DNA of 57,971 nt, taken from positions 1-57,971 of the forward strand of contig JBPCSC010000216.1 of the NCBI GenBank assembly GCA_051007495.1, in the 5' to 3' direction. The stretch is from Methylococcaceae bacterium. Lineage in GTDB: Bacteria > Pseudomonadota > Gammaproteobacteria > Methylococcales > Methylococcaceae. The notes beneath the pieces are model-generated. The model saw only the letters and a program-made list of their open reading frames with translations. It searched no databases and was not told the origin of the DNA. Each line of letters begins with the position of its first letter. The first letter of the stretch is position 1. Of the stretch, positions 13,280-22,072 are shown one piece after another. Made by a program: the position numbers and the translations under genes.

Positions 13280-14437
13280 ATGAAATTTGAGCTGGTCGAT
13301 TCGTACAGCCAAAACGCTATCATCAAGGTGGTTGGCGTAGGGGGTGGTGGTGGCAATGCCGTCAATCACATGGTCAATAGCAGTATCGAAGGCGTTGATT
13401 TTATTTGCGCCAACACCGATGCCCAGGCACTCAAGAGCATCCACGCACGTTCGGTGATTCAACTTGGCAACGCGCTGACCAAGGGCTTGGGTGCCGGAGC
13501 CAATCCAGAGATAGGCCGTCAGGCCGCTCTGGACGATAGGGACCGTATACTGGAGGTATTAGGAGGTGCTGACATGGTATTCATCACCGCCGGTATGGGG
13601 GGGGGGACAGGCACCGGAGCCGCACCTGTCATCGCTGAAATAGCCAAGGAAGCCGGAATCCTGACTGTAGCCGTCGTCACCAAGCCTTTCCCGTTTGAGG
13701 GCAAGAAGCGTCGTGATGTAGCCGAAAAGGGCATAGAAGAGCTAAGTCAGTTCGTCGATTCACTCATTACCATTCCCAATGAAAAGCTACTTCCTGTGCT
13801 CGGCAAGGATGTCAGCCTCATCAATGCTTTTGCCGCCGCAAACGATGTTTTACTCGGTGCGGTTCAAGGTATCGCCGATCTGATCACCCGCCCGGGGTTG
13901 ATCAACGTGGACTTTGCCGACGTGAGAACTGTAATGGCCGAAATGGGCATGGCCATGATGGGTACTGGAGTAGCCAGTGGCCCTAACCGTGCTCGTGAAG
14001 CCGCCGCCCGTGCCATAGCCAGCCCCCTTTTGGAAGACATCAACCTCAATGGGGCCCGTGGAATTCTGGTCAACATCACCGGAGGTCTGGATTTGGCCAT
14101 AGGCGAATTCGACGAAGTGGGCAATGCTGTGAAGGAATTTGCATCAGACAATGCAGAAGTCGTCATCGGTACGGTGATAGACCCTGAATTGCATGATGAA
14201 CTGCGAGTAACCGTAGTCGCCACCGGTTTGGCTCATCATCGTCAACCTAACGAACCGCACATTAAGCTGGTGCACAAGCATACCGGCGAGATTGATTACG
14301 ATCAGCTGCAGCAACGCCCGTCCATCAGCCGCAAACAACCCAGCAAGATGGACAGCCGAGGTTCCGAACCCAGAGGCAAGGAAATAGACCTCGAATACCT
14401 GGATATTCCGGCCTTTCTGCGTCGTCAGGCGGATTAA
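13280..14437 (+). CDS. ftsZ: Cell division GTPase FtsZ
   Basis: 385-aa ORF with tubulin signature [18 protein letters not shown] and conserved C-terminal peptide [16 protein letters not shown]. Confidence 0.98.
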   Translation: MKFELVDSYSQNAIIKVVGVGGGGGNAVNHMVNSSIEGVDFICANTDAQALKSIHARSVIQLGNALTKGLGAGANPEIGRQAALDDRDRILEVLGGADMVFITAGMGGGTGTGAAPVIAEIAKEAGILTVAVVTKPFPFEGKKRRDVAEKGIEELSQFVDSLITIPNEKLLPVLGKDVSLINAFAAANDVLLGAVQGIADLITRPGLINVDFADVRTVMAEMGMAMMGTGVASGPNRAREAAARAIASPLLEDINLNGARGILVNITGGLDLAIGEFDEVGNAVKEFASDNAEVVIGTVIDPELHDELRVTVVATGLAHHRQPNEPHIKLVHKHTGEIDYDQLQQRPSISRKQPSKMDSRGSEPRGKEIDLEYLDIPAFLRRQAD

Positions 14438-14485
14438 GTTTTTTCATCGACTGGCCACTACGGCTGCATATAGCGAGAAACATTA

Positions 14486-15400
14486 ATGATTAGGCAAAGA
14501 ACACTCAAAAACGTTATCCGTGCGACTGGCGTGGGTTTACACACCGGAGAAAAGGTTTACCTGACCTTAAGACCGGCAACAGCCAATACCGGTATTGCAT
14601 TCCGCCGGGTTGATCTGCCTGAACCGGTACTGATTGAAGCAGTCCCCCAAAATGTGGGTGAAACCACTTTATCCACCACGCTGGAAAAGAACGGTGTAAA
14701 GATTTCAACCGTAGAGCATTTATTGTCCGCTTTCGCCGGGCTAGGAATCGACAATGCCTACGTGGATGTCAGTTCTGCCGAAGTACCCATAATGGATGGC
14801 AGTGCCGGGCCGTTTGTGTTTTTGATCCAGTCGGCCGGTGTGGAAGAACAAGCCGCCCCCAAGCGGTTCATCCGGATTAAACGTCCAATACGGGTACAAG
14901 ACGGTGATAAATGGGCTTGTTTTGAACCCTACGAAGGCTTCAAAGTAACCTTCACCATAGACTTTGACCACCCGGCTTTCCGTGAAGAAAACAAAACCGC
15001 AAGCGTGGATTTTTCCTCCACCTCTTTCGTCAAGGAAGTCAGTCGGGCGCGTACTTTTGGTTTTATGCGTGATATAGAGGCTTTGCGCCAGCGTCGTCTG
15101 GCCCTGGGTGGTAGTCTGGACAATGCCATTGTGGTGGACAACTACCGCGTACTAAACGAAGAAGGTTTGCGCTATGCCGATGAGTTCGTCAAACACAAAA
15201 TTTTGGATGCCATCGGTGATCTTTACCTGCTAGGCCACAGCCTCATAGGCTCGTTTACGGGCTACAAATCAGGTCACGGTCTGAATAACCAACTGCTGCG
15301 TGAACTTTTGGCTCATCAAGATGCATGGGAATCAGTCACCTTTGGTGACGACGAAGAAATGCCTATCTGCTTCATGCGGCCGGTACACGCCGGATCCTGA
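14486..15400 (+). CDS. lpxC: UDP-3-O-acyl-N-acetylglucosamine deacetylase
   Basis: 304-aa ORF starting [24 protein letters not shown] with [14 protein letters not shown] motif. Canonical position after ftsZ. Confidence 0.97.
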   Translation: MIRQRTLKNVIRATGVGLHTGEKVYLTLRPATANTGIAFRRVDLPEPVLIEAVPQNVGETTLSTTLEKNGVKISTVEHLLSAFAGLGIDNAYVDVSSAEVPIMDGSAGPFVFLIQSAGVEEQAAPKRFIRIKRPIRVQDGDKWACFEPYEGFKVTFTIDFDHPAFREENKTASVDFSSTSFVKEVSRARTFGFMRDIEALRQRRLALGGSLDNAIVVDNYRVLNEEGLRYADEFVKHKILDAIGDLYLLGHSLIGSFTGYKSGHGLNNQLLRELLAHQDAWESVTFGDDEEMPICFMRPVHAGS

Positions 15401-15455
15401 TGTCTCGCATGATCTCCCTCCGGCATGGAAGCCGGACTGGATCGTCTGCTCTCGC

Positions 15456-15962
15456 TCAAAACAGCTCTAAAGTCTCCCCTGCCTGCCCAATCCGGATTAC
15501 CGGATCGCCCTTGCGTATCACCCCTCCTCCTACGATGGTGGCCGTCATGCCACCGTGTCCACGCATAACGTTGAACCCCCCTGCTCCCAAGCTCTCCTCC
15601 ATCCGCGAGCACGGATGACAGGCACCAGTAATCTCCAGCATCACCGTGTCACCAATCTTTAGCCATTGCCCTTTCAATGCGAGAAGATTAATCCCGCTAA
15701 TCAGCAGATTACGTCTGAGCGTGTGTGGTTCTACGGTGTATCCCAGCAAAGCAGACACCACGGCCAGGTGCTCACTCTGAATAAGCGTCACCTGCCGTTT
15801 GCGCTGCTGTATTCCGGCGTAATGATCGCCCGCAATTCCTGTTACGGCATCCAATATCAGTTCGTCTCCCACCAACATGGGAGCACGCCGTAGCGGTCGA
15901 ACACCCATCCACTCGACTCGCCCGTTACGCGGAAATTGATGTAGCAGATTTTGATAGCTCAA
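15456..15962 (-). CDS. MOSC domain-containing protein
   Basis: 168-aa ORF with a MOSC-like beta-barrel region and the conserved cysteine context ITGACHPCSRME. Its start overlaps the upstream tauE-like stop by 4 nt, which suggests one operon. Confidence 0.8.
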   Translation of the reverse strand: MSYQNLLHQFPRNGRVEWMGVRPLRRAPMLVGDELILDAVTGIAGDHYAGIQQRKRQVTLIQSEHLAVVSALLGYTVEPHTLRRNLLISGINLLALKGQWLKIGDTVMLEITGACHPCSRMEESLGAGGFNVMRGHGGMTATIVGGGVIRKGDPVIRIGQAGETLELF

Positions 15963-16759
15963 AGTACAAACTTGATGCCTATGAGCATCAGCAGCGTCGC
16001 CAATATGGGCCTAAGGATCTTTTCAGGAATCCGGGCACTGAGGTGGCTCCCCAGGTAGATGCCGGGTAGCGAGCCTAATAGCAAACTGCCTAAAAGATTA
16101 AAATCGACATTTCCCATGTGTAAATGGCCCAAGCCGGCCACAGCGGTCAAAGGGATGGCATGGGCCAGATCAGTGCCCACAATACGCACAGTGGCCAGAC
16201 GGGGATAAAGAAAGAACAAAGCCACAGTACCCAAAGCACCCGCCCCCACAGAAGACAGGGTCACCAAAACACCCAGCATCAAGCCCGTCATTATTGTCAT
16301 GGGTGCTTGCCAACGACCAAAACGCTCAGTGTGCGTGACGCGCTGTACAGCAGGTTCATGAGAACGGAGTCGCATGGCAATGAGCCGATTACGAACAAAC
16401 AGAGAAATACTCGTCAAGATCAAGGCAACACCCAATGTTGTGGTGATAACCGCCGTAACGGAGTCATCTTTCTCGAACACGTTTTCAAGAAGATAAATGA
16501 CGGTCAGCGCAGCCGGCAGGCTGCCTATGCAGAGTTGCCCGACGATTTTCCAATCCACCGAACGGTGTTTGCCGTGGTGTACAAATACACCCAAGCCCTT
16601 GGTAATAGAGGCGAAGAGGAGATCGGTACCGACGGCCGTCTTGGGGGAAAAACCAAAAAGAAAAACCAACAGTGGGGTCATCAGTGACCCGCCTCCCACG
16701 CCGGTCAGGCCCACCAAAAAACCAACCAGCAATCCCGATACGATGTAGCCTGTCAACAT
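15959..16759 (-). CDS. TauE/SafE family sulfite/anion exporter-like membrane protein
   Basis: 266-aa polytopic membrane protein with duplicated G-rich helices (LVGLTGVGGGSLMTPLL and LSSVGAGALGTVALFFL), as in the TauE/SafE (DUF81) family. Confidence 0.83.
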   Translation of the reverse strand: MLTGYIVSGLLVGFLVGLTGVGGGSLMTPLLVFLFGFSPKTAVGTDLLFASITKGLGVFVHHGKHRSVDWKIVGQLCIGSLPAALTVIYLLENVFEKDDSVTAVITTTLGVALILTSISLFVRNRLIAMRLRSHEPAVQRVTHTERFGRWQAPMTIMTGLMLGVLVTLSSVGAGALGTVALFFLYPRLATVRIVGTDLAHAIPLTAVAGLGHLHMGNVDFNLLGSLLLGSLPGIYLGSHLSARIPEKILRPILATLLMLIGIKFVL

Positions 16760-16847
16760 TACAAACGCTCCCGTAAAACGATGGAGTCTAGCGGTTTAGC
16801 GCGAAGGCACGCCAGTAGGTTGACATAACGGTTTGGAATAAACTTAT

Positions 16848-16886
16848 GAATAAATAAATAAGAAGCAGCCTAGAGGGGCTGCTTCT
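16848..16886 (-). terminator. Rho-independent terminator downstream of the cytochrome gene
   Basis: Perfect 10-bp stem AGAAGCAGCC / GGCTGCTTCT (16861-16870 / 16877-16886) with a 6-nt loop. On the minus strand it is followed by TTATTTATTTATT. It lies 23 nt after the cytochrome stop codon. Confidence 0.6.
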
Positions 16887-16908
16887 TATTGAGTGTCCTG
16901 CTGAGACC

Positions 16909-19725
16909 TTACTCCACTATGGCCAGATTTTTTACCTTGGCAAATTTTGCCGCAGTGGGTTGAACTACCACATAACCCGAACCTTCAGCGGTAACAGGAG
17001 AAAAATCCACGATCTCGGCGTCAGTGAATTTCTGCCAACTTTTGCAAGTAGCCGAATAAGCCACAGAAAGCTTATCCGTCGCACTCATCGAACCCGTATA
17101 AGGCAGTTTGATGAGAATATCGCCCTTACTCGGATTAGCCACGACTTTGCGCGACTGATTCTGGAAGGTCAAAGTATAAACATCCTTAATCTCATTGACT
17201 CCGAGATTAGCCGCGCATCCGACATCCGCCTTATTAGAAGCGCGGGACTTCATGGTCACCTTAACAGACCGCATCCGAGTTTCACGATCTGCATCACCAG
17301 GCATAATCATAGCCGCCTTGCTAAGACTGGCTTCTCCCACCTCAGAGTTGAATACCAACCAGTGGCTGCTATTCAGTTTTTTGGATATCTTCTCTGCGGT
17401 CGATGATGAAATACGGGCATACTGAGTACCGTCCGCATAATCGGCAGTCTTAAAGTAACCGATAATTTCACGGGTATTTTCGGCATTTAAAATTGACATG
17501 GAAGGATTGATGGCACTGGCTTCGAGTACTGCAGCCACGCTTTCCTTTATAGTGCCGGCAGAGTCGATCTGATAATACGGTTTACCCAATACAAAAATGC
17601 CTTCATCAACCAGGCGACGGTCAGGCACACTACCTATAGGCAGTAGTTTATTGCGTCCGAAAATACCATCATCTGAAACAGCAGCACGATACACACCACG
17701 AGTATCTTTTTCATGGCAATCACCACAAGGAACAGACTCCTTGGCCGGACGTGTCTGGTGATTAAGAATATACTCGTTGGTTTCAGTGTAAATAAGTTTT
17801 ACATCCGGATTTTTGTACCCCTTCCTGTCCAGCAGTTTGTCATAAATCTGCTTGAGTATCTTATACCCGTCATAGTTAACCGGATCACCCAGTTGACCCA
17901 TCGCGTTAATACTTACACGACCGGCTTCCTGTTGGGTTTGAGGATCAATGATGGCACCATACGCCACTCCAGTAGCATCGGTTTTCCTGGCTAGAACCGA
18001 TTGCGTTTCATATCGTGACAAAATCCGTCCGCTGGTTTTATCCTGAGCGAAATAACGGGTATGTGGTTTGTATGGTACAACTTTCATCTTGCCGTCGTGA
18101 TCAATACGGTTTCGGTAATGAATTTCACCGGGTTTGTCATTGTATGCCACATTAGTAATATGACAGGCTTGGCAAGTGATCTGATCGAAATGCACCTGTA
18201 CCACCTTGTCATACGTAGCGGGCATATATCCTTCCATATACCCTCTTTGTTTCCACAATTCACGGTGTGCATCCAAGGCGGTATGTTCACCCGAACTTGG
18301 CAACGACGGAGATTTAGCGGTATCGTGGCAATAGTCACACTCCAGTGGTTTAGGGGCATTGGTTAGGTCATGGCGGATGTCGCTATCCGTGTTTCCCTTG
18401 AGGAATTGATGATCAGGCGACAACTCCATAGGAATGGAAGCCGGCTTATAGTATTCCTTAGAGTGACAGGCTACACAGGTCTGAATTTCCCGGCTTTCAC
18501 CACTATCATCCAGCCATACTTTGCCTTTATGTACGTCATCTTTGAAATCGGCAACCCGAGTTCCGTCCGGATTAAGGGTTTGTACGGAATCAACACCGAA
18601 ACCATAAAAACCACGCCGACTACCGACCGATTTGCCAGAGGAAATCCGGTTAATACCAGAACTGGCCAAATGACACATCATGCAATTATCGTTATTTGGA
18701 AAACGGTACATAGGCATGAGTACATTACCCTGTGCGTCAAAGGCATCTTTATTCCAGATCAGTTTGGGTTGCCCCTGTTCATTAAGATTCAAAGTATAAG
18801 ACGGCTGTGGCGTATTAGGAGTGATGGTACGGTCAACCCGCAGCAACTGCAGACCATCAGTCGTATCTGGTTTCAGGTTAAGGAATTCCAGCATCGCAGA
18901 ATTGGCGTAACGAAAAAAACCTTTATTGATAAACTGACCATCCTGTAAAAGACCCCAATGAGTAAATGCGTTAGAGGTGCCATCCTTGCCGTCATTACCG
19001 CCTAACTGACTGGCGGGGAACTTCTTAAGATTGGAAAAATTCGCATGGCAGGTCAGACAATCGGCTTCACGCACGCCGCTTTTCTGCCAGTCCCACCGAG
19101 CCAGACCGGCCGGCGAGGTTTTATCCCGTTCAAAATAATCCCCATCCTTGTCGGCGATTAGTTCCACTGGTTTTAGATCGTATCGTATGCCGTCACGGTC
19201 TTTTTCTTCCCAGCCACCACCCATATGACAGGAACTGCAAGCCTTGATAAAACCAGCTGCGCCCCATTCACCAAAATCGTTGACATTGGTATTGACCTTC
19301 TTGGCTAGGACACCCGTCTGACTGCCTTGCATACAGTTATAGCCACCGAAATAACCGGGGCCGACTAAGGAAGAAAGGCCTTTAAATCCGAACTTAGGAA
19401 TCTTGTCACCACGTTTTTTGCCGTAGTCATCATCAGTTTCATCAGGGCCTTGTTCAAAGTGAAACCCGTGAGTGATTTTGTCGTAATCATGACAACCTGA
19501 ACCTTCACAACTCTTGCGGGTGCTATACGGCAAGCCGCTTTCCAGCACATGTTTTCCGTTTTCATCCAGTAAAGGAAACACGGGGTGAATCACTGTTATA
19601 TCCAGATCGTTGGTGGCTCTGGCGACCATAGGGACTAAAATTACCAAACACAAAGCCAGCAGCAGCGTCAGCTGCCTAGCCGGTCTGGTACATCGCCTAA
19701 GAAGTGTAAAAAAAATATCGATCAT
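16909..19725 (-). CDS. Secreted octahaem c-type cytochrome (one CX4CH plus seven CXXCH) with a haem-free C-terminal domain
   Basis: The long ORF runs 16909-19797. I prefer the ATG at 19725 (MIDIFFTLLRR...), which gives a signal peptide ...LALCLVILVPMVARA/TND. Haem motifs are CEGSGCH, CSSCH, CLTCH, CMMCH, CVACH, CDYCH, CQACH, CGDCH. GC content is visibly lower than in flanking genes. Confidence 0.85.
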   Translation of the reverse strand: MIDIFFTLLRRCTRPARQLTLLLALCLVILVPMVARATNDLDITVIHPVFPLLDENGKHVLESGLPYSTRKSCEGSGCHDYDKITHGFHFEQGPDETDDDYGKKRGDKIPKFGFKGLSSLVGPGYFGGYNCMQGSQTGVLAKKVNTNVNDFGEWGAAGFIKACSSCHMGGGWEEKDRDGIRYDLKPVELIADKDGDYFERDKTSPAGLARWDWQKSGVREADCLTCHANFSNLKKFPASQLGGNDGKDGTSNAFTHWGLLQDGQFINKGFFRYANSAMLEFLNLKPDTTDGLQLLRVDRTITPNTPQPSYTLNLNEQGQPKLIWNKDAFDAQGNVLMPMYRFPNNDNCMMCHLASSGINRISSGKSVGSRRGFYGFGVDSVQTLNPDGTRVADFKDDVHKGKVWLDDSGESREIQTCVACHSKEYYKPASIPMELSPDHQFLKGNTDSDIRHDLTNAPKPLECDYCHDTAKSPSLPSSGEHTALDAHRELWKQRGYMEGYMPATYDKVVQVHFDQITCQACHITNVAYNDKPGEIHYRNRIDHDGKMKVVPYKPHTRYFAQDKTSGRILSRYETQSVLARKTDATGVAYGAIIDPQTQQEAGRVSINAMGQLGDPVNYDGYKILKQIYDKLLDRKGYKNPDVKLIYTETNEYILNHQTRPAKESVPCGDCHEKDTRGVYRAAVSDDGIFGRNKLLPIGSVPDRRLVDEGIFVLGKPYYQIDSAGTIKESVAAVLEASAINPSMSILNAENTREIIGYFKTADYADGTQYARISSSTAEKISKKLNSSHWLVFNSEVGEASLSKAAMIMPGDADRETRMRSVKVTMKSRASNKADVGCAANLGVNEIKDVYTLTFQNQSRKVVANPSKGDILIKLPYTGSMSATDKLSVAYSATCKSWQKFTDAEIVDFSPVTAEGSGYVVVQPTAAKFAKVKNLAIVE

Positions 19726-20168
19726 CGAAATGTACCTAGAGCTTGGGCAAGCGTGGTGTGTTTCCCCCACCGGGGTGATCAAAGTCCAGCCTTGCACCGT
19801 GAAAAATTAGAATTCAAATGAGAGGGATTATTCCTCGCCAGTTTAGTCAGCAAAATATTTACCAATTGTTACCTTGCCAACAGTTCGATGGGAAACGGTT
19901 GTGATTTAACAGGGATGTAAGTACAAACACTTAAAGTGTAATCTGGCCTAAGGCAAGTTAGGTAAGGGTTATATCACGCAGTCTCACTGGCATTTGCCGC
20001 AATAACGACAAGTGAGTGCGAGAGGTATTTTATGGCGTTGAAGGAGAGTAGTCATTACAGGATTATTCTGTAGGACGAAAATAATCTGAGTAAAATACAG
20101 TATAAGAGTTTAGTGATTAGACAGAGGATAAAAAAGACACCGACGGCAGAATTGCATCATGCACGTTA

Positions 20169-20462
20169 CTAACGTAAATCAAAAAGTAAAAAAGCGGAGA
20201 ACACGTGCACTTCCGATACGGTAGAACATCTGCCACCGATGTAAAGTCGAGGGCGTGGAAAAAACTTCTTGCAATGAATCATGCCACTTAAATATGTTGT
20301 CGAATTACAAGCCTTTATAAGGATGAACCGTATGAAAACTAACATGTATAAAAAATGAATTGTTGGAAAACACACATAAACTGCGGTAAATCCCATGATC
20401 ACCCGTGAAAGCACAAAGCGTGTCATTTGTCGCGATGCGTGCGGCATAAAACAAAGTTCCAT
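20169..20462 (-). CDS. Hypothetical small membrane protein (97 aa)
   Basis: The ATG is preceded by AAGAGGG with a 7-nt spacer. The product has a hydrophobic core FVLSRVIMGFTAVYVCFPTIHFLYMLVFIRFILI. No recognisable family. The region is AT-rich, so a chance ORF remains possible. Confidence 0.35.
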   Translation of the reverse strand: MELCFMPHASRQMTRFVLSRVIMGFTAVYVCFPTIHFLYMLVFIRFILIKACNSTTYLSGMIHCKKFFPRPRLYIGGRCSTVSEVHVFSAFLLFDLR

Positions 20463-20530
20463 CGGTTAACCCTCTTATTATTACTATATTTCAGAGACTG
20501 GCATAAGCTTTGCGTATAAACGAAGTTGGG

Positions 20531-20577
20531 GCGGGTTTGAAGCACACATCAAAACAATCAAACCCGCACGTTTTTTT
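20531..20577 (+). terminator. Intrinsic-terminator-like hairpin immediately upstream of the PPIase gene
   Basis: GCGGGTTTGA (20531-20540) pairs with TCAAACCCGC (20558-20567). The loop is 17 nt, followed by ACG and T7 (20571-20577). The T-run exists only on the plus strand. It ends 21 nt before the ATG at 20599. Confidence 0.45.
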
Positions 20578-20598
20578 ATCGAATCGAGAATTGATGTT

Positions 20599-21474
20599 AT
20601 GAATCGTTACGTTACAGGAATGCTGGTAATAGCCGGTAATATGGTGTTGAATGAGTGTAATGCCATGAGCAGCCAGACCACTTCTGGAAACCCTCATGAT
20701 GCGGTTTCCATTCGGCCTGATGTCAAGCCTGGAGATATTCTGGCTATGGTTAATGGAAAACCCATTGCCCGCAGTGCCTTGGGGCAGAATCCACACCGTA
20801 ATAACATGAAACCGGAAGATAGCCAAAGAGATGAATTAGTGGAGCGTGAATTACTGCGCCAAGAAGCGGAGCGCGATAATCTGCTCAAGGATCCTGCTGT
20901 AGCAGAAAAACTCGACAACGCCATTCGTCTGGCCATGTCTCAGATTTCGGCAGAACACTACATAAAATCTGTATCCATTACGGATAATGACGTCAGGAAA
21001 GAGTATGAAGGGCATGCTCAAATGATGAAGAAAACCGAGTATAAAGCACGGCATATACTGGTAGATTCAGAGAAAAAGGCAGTAGAGATTATAGAAAAGC
21101 TAAATAAGGGCAACTCATTCGAAGAACTGGCACGCAAACACTCAAGTGATAAAGCCAGCCAAGAGCAGGGGGGAGATTTGGGTTGGTTTACTGCGGATGC
21201 GATGGTTGAGCCATTTTCTGTTCATGTTATGGCACTCAAGAATGGTGAGATCGGCTCTAAGCCGATACAAACTCAGTTTGGCTGGCATATTGTGCAGCGA
21301 TTGGAGTCAAGAGAACAAAAACCACCTGCTTTTGAGCAGGTACAGAATCAGATCAGAGCGATGCTGCAGACGCGCCAATTTCATCAGCACCTGGATGATT
21401 TAAAACAGCACGCAAAAATAGAAATAACTGAACCCAACGCGAATAACACCTCGCCTGGAACCCAACAGCCTTAA
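20599..21474 (+). CDS. Periplasmic PpiC/parvulin-type peptidyl-prolyl cis-trans isomerase (SurA/PEB4-like chaperone architecture)
   Basis: 291-aa ORF with a signal-like N-terminus. The parvulin core reads YKARHILVDSEKKAVEIIEKLNKGNSFEELARKHSSD...GGDLGWF...GWHIVQRLE and is flanked by helical chaperone-like segments. Confidence 0.88.
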   Translation: MNRYVTGMLVIAGNMVLNECNAMSSQTTSGNPHDAVSIRPDVKPGDILAMVNGKPIARSALGQNPHRNNMKPEDSQRDELVERELLRQEAERDNLLKDPAVAEKLDNAIRLAMSQISAEHYIKSVSITDNDVRKEYEGHAQMMKKTEYKARHILVDSEKKAVEIIEKLNKGNSFEELARKHSSDKASQEQGGDLGWFTADAMVEPFSVHVMALKNGEIGSKPIQTQFGWHIVQRLESREQKPPAFEQVQNQIRAMLQTRQFHQHLDDLKQHAKIEITEPNANNTSPGTQQP

Positions 21475-21505
21475 GCTCCGTGGTTTAGTATCCATAATAA
21501 TAGTG

Positions 21506-21544
21506 GCGTTCATTCCGCTTATGATGGTGAACAGGAATGAACGC
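21506..21544. terminator. Inverted repeat between the convergent PPIase and XRE genes (possible bidirectional terminator)
   Basis: Perfect 11-bp arms GCGTTCATTCC / GGAATGAACGC with a 17-nt loop. Flanks are only weakly T-rich on either strand. Confidence 0.3.
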
Positions 21545-21550
21545 ACCATT

Positions 21551-21886
21551 TTACCCACCAAAACGCATTGAACCCATAAGGGTATTAATTTCAGTAAGTA
21601 GACTATGGAGTTTGTCTGTTTCAACATCGGGCAAAGGACAGACGGAACAGACACGACACCCCGGAACTTCCATTTGCGCCAGCTCAGACTGGTTTCCAAT
21701 AAACAGGCCTGTTACTTCAAGATTCAAAACACAGGCAATCTGCTTTATTCGGGACAAACTAATATCTGTTTCTCCGCGTTCGATACTCCCGTATCCATTG
21801 GTGGACATTTCCAAACGGGTTGCCATTTCTTCTTGTGACCACCCACGTGCTTGCCTAAGCAATCGTATATTGTTGTGCAGATTCAT
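21551..21886 (-). CDS. XRE-family helix-turn-helix transcriptional regulator with a C-terminal CxxCxxC motif
   Basis: The HTH_3-like N-terminus MNLHNNIRLLRQARGWSQEEMATRLEMSTNGYGSIERGETDISLSRIKQIACVLN begins at the internal ATG 21886 (the track ORF extends to 21928). The C-terminal part contains GCRVCSVCP. Confidence 0.85.
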   Translation of the reverse strand: MNLHNNIRLLRQARGWSQEEMATRLEMSTNGYGSIERGETDISLSRIKQIACVLNLEVTGLFIGNQSELAQMEVPGCRVCSVCPLPDVETDKLHSLLTEINTLMGSMRFGG

Positions 21887-22072
21887 ACTCGTGTGACTCT
21901 CATACTTGGTTGGCCTGTCTGAGGCCAAGGTTATTGAAGTCTTATGAGTCTATCAGGTCGGTTTACTGTGCGATTGTACGGTAGTTCCCGCGTAATGGTT
22001 AAGGGATTGCCTATTCATCTCAAATCTTACCCACCCAGAGGCAACATTCAATCCTTAGACCGTGTATGGCCA

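Noticed and set aside
20491-20826. 111-aa minus-strand ORF overlapping the PPIase gene start
   Set aside because: It overlaps a well-supported parvulin gene on the opposite strand, and it has no SD and no motifs.
16760-22072. Looked for direct repeats, a tRNA gene, or integrase/transposase remnants bounding the low-GC island
   Set aside because: I found only a weak similarity (CGGTTTAGCGCGA near 16790 versus CGGTTTACTGTGCGA near 21962). That is too short and imperfect to call att sites, so I make no mobility-mechanism claim.
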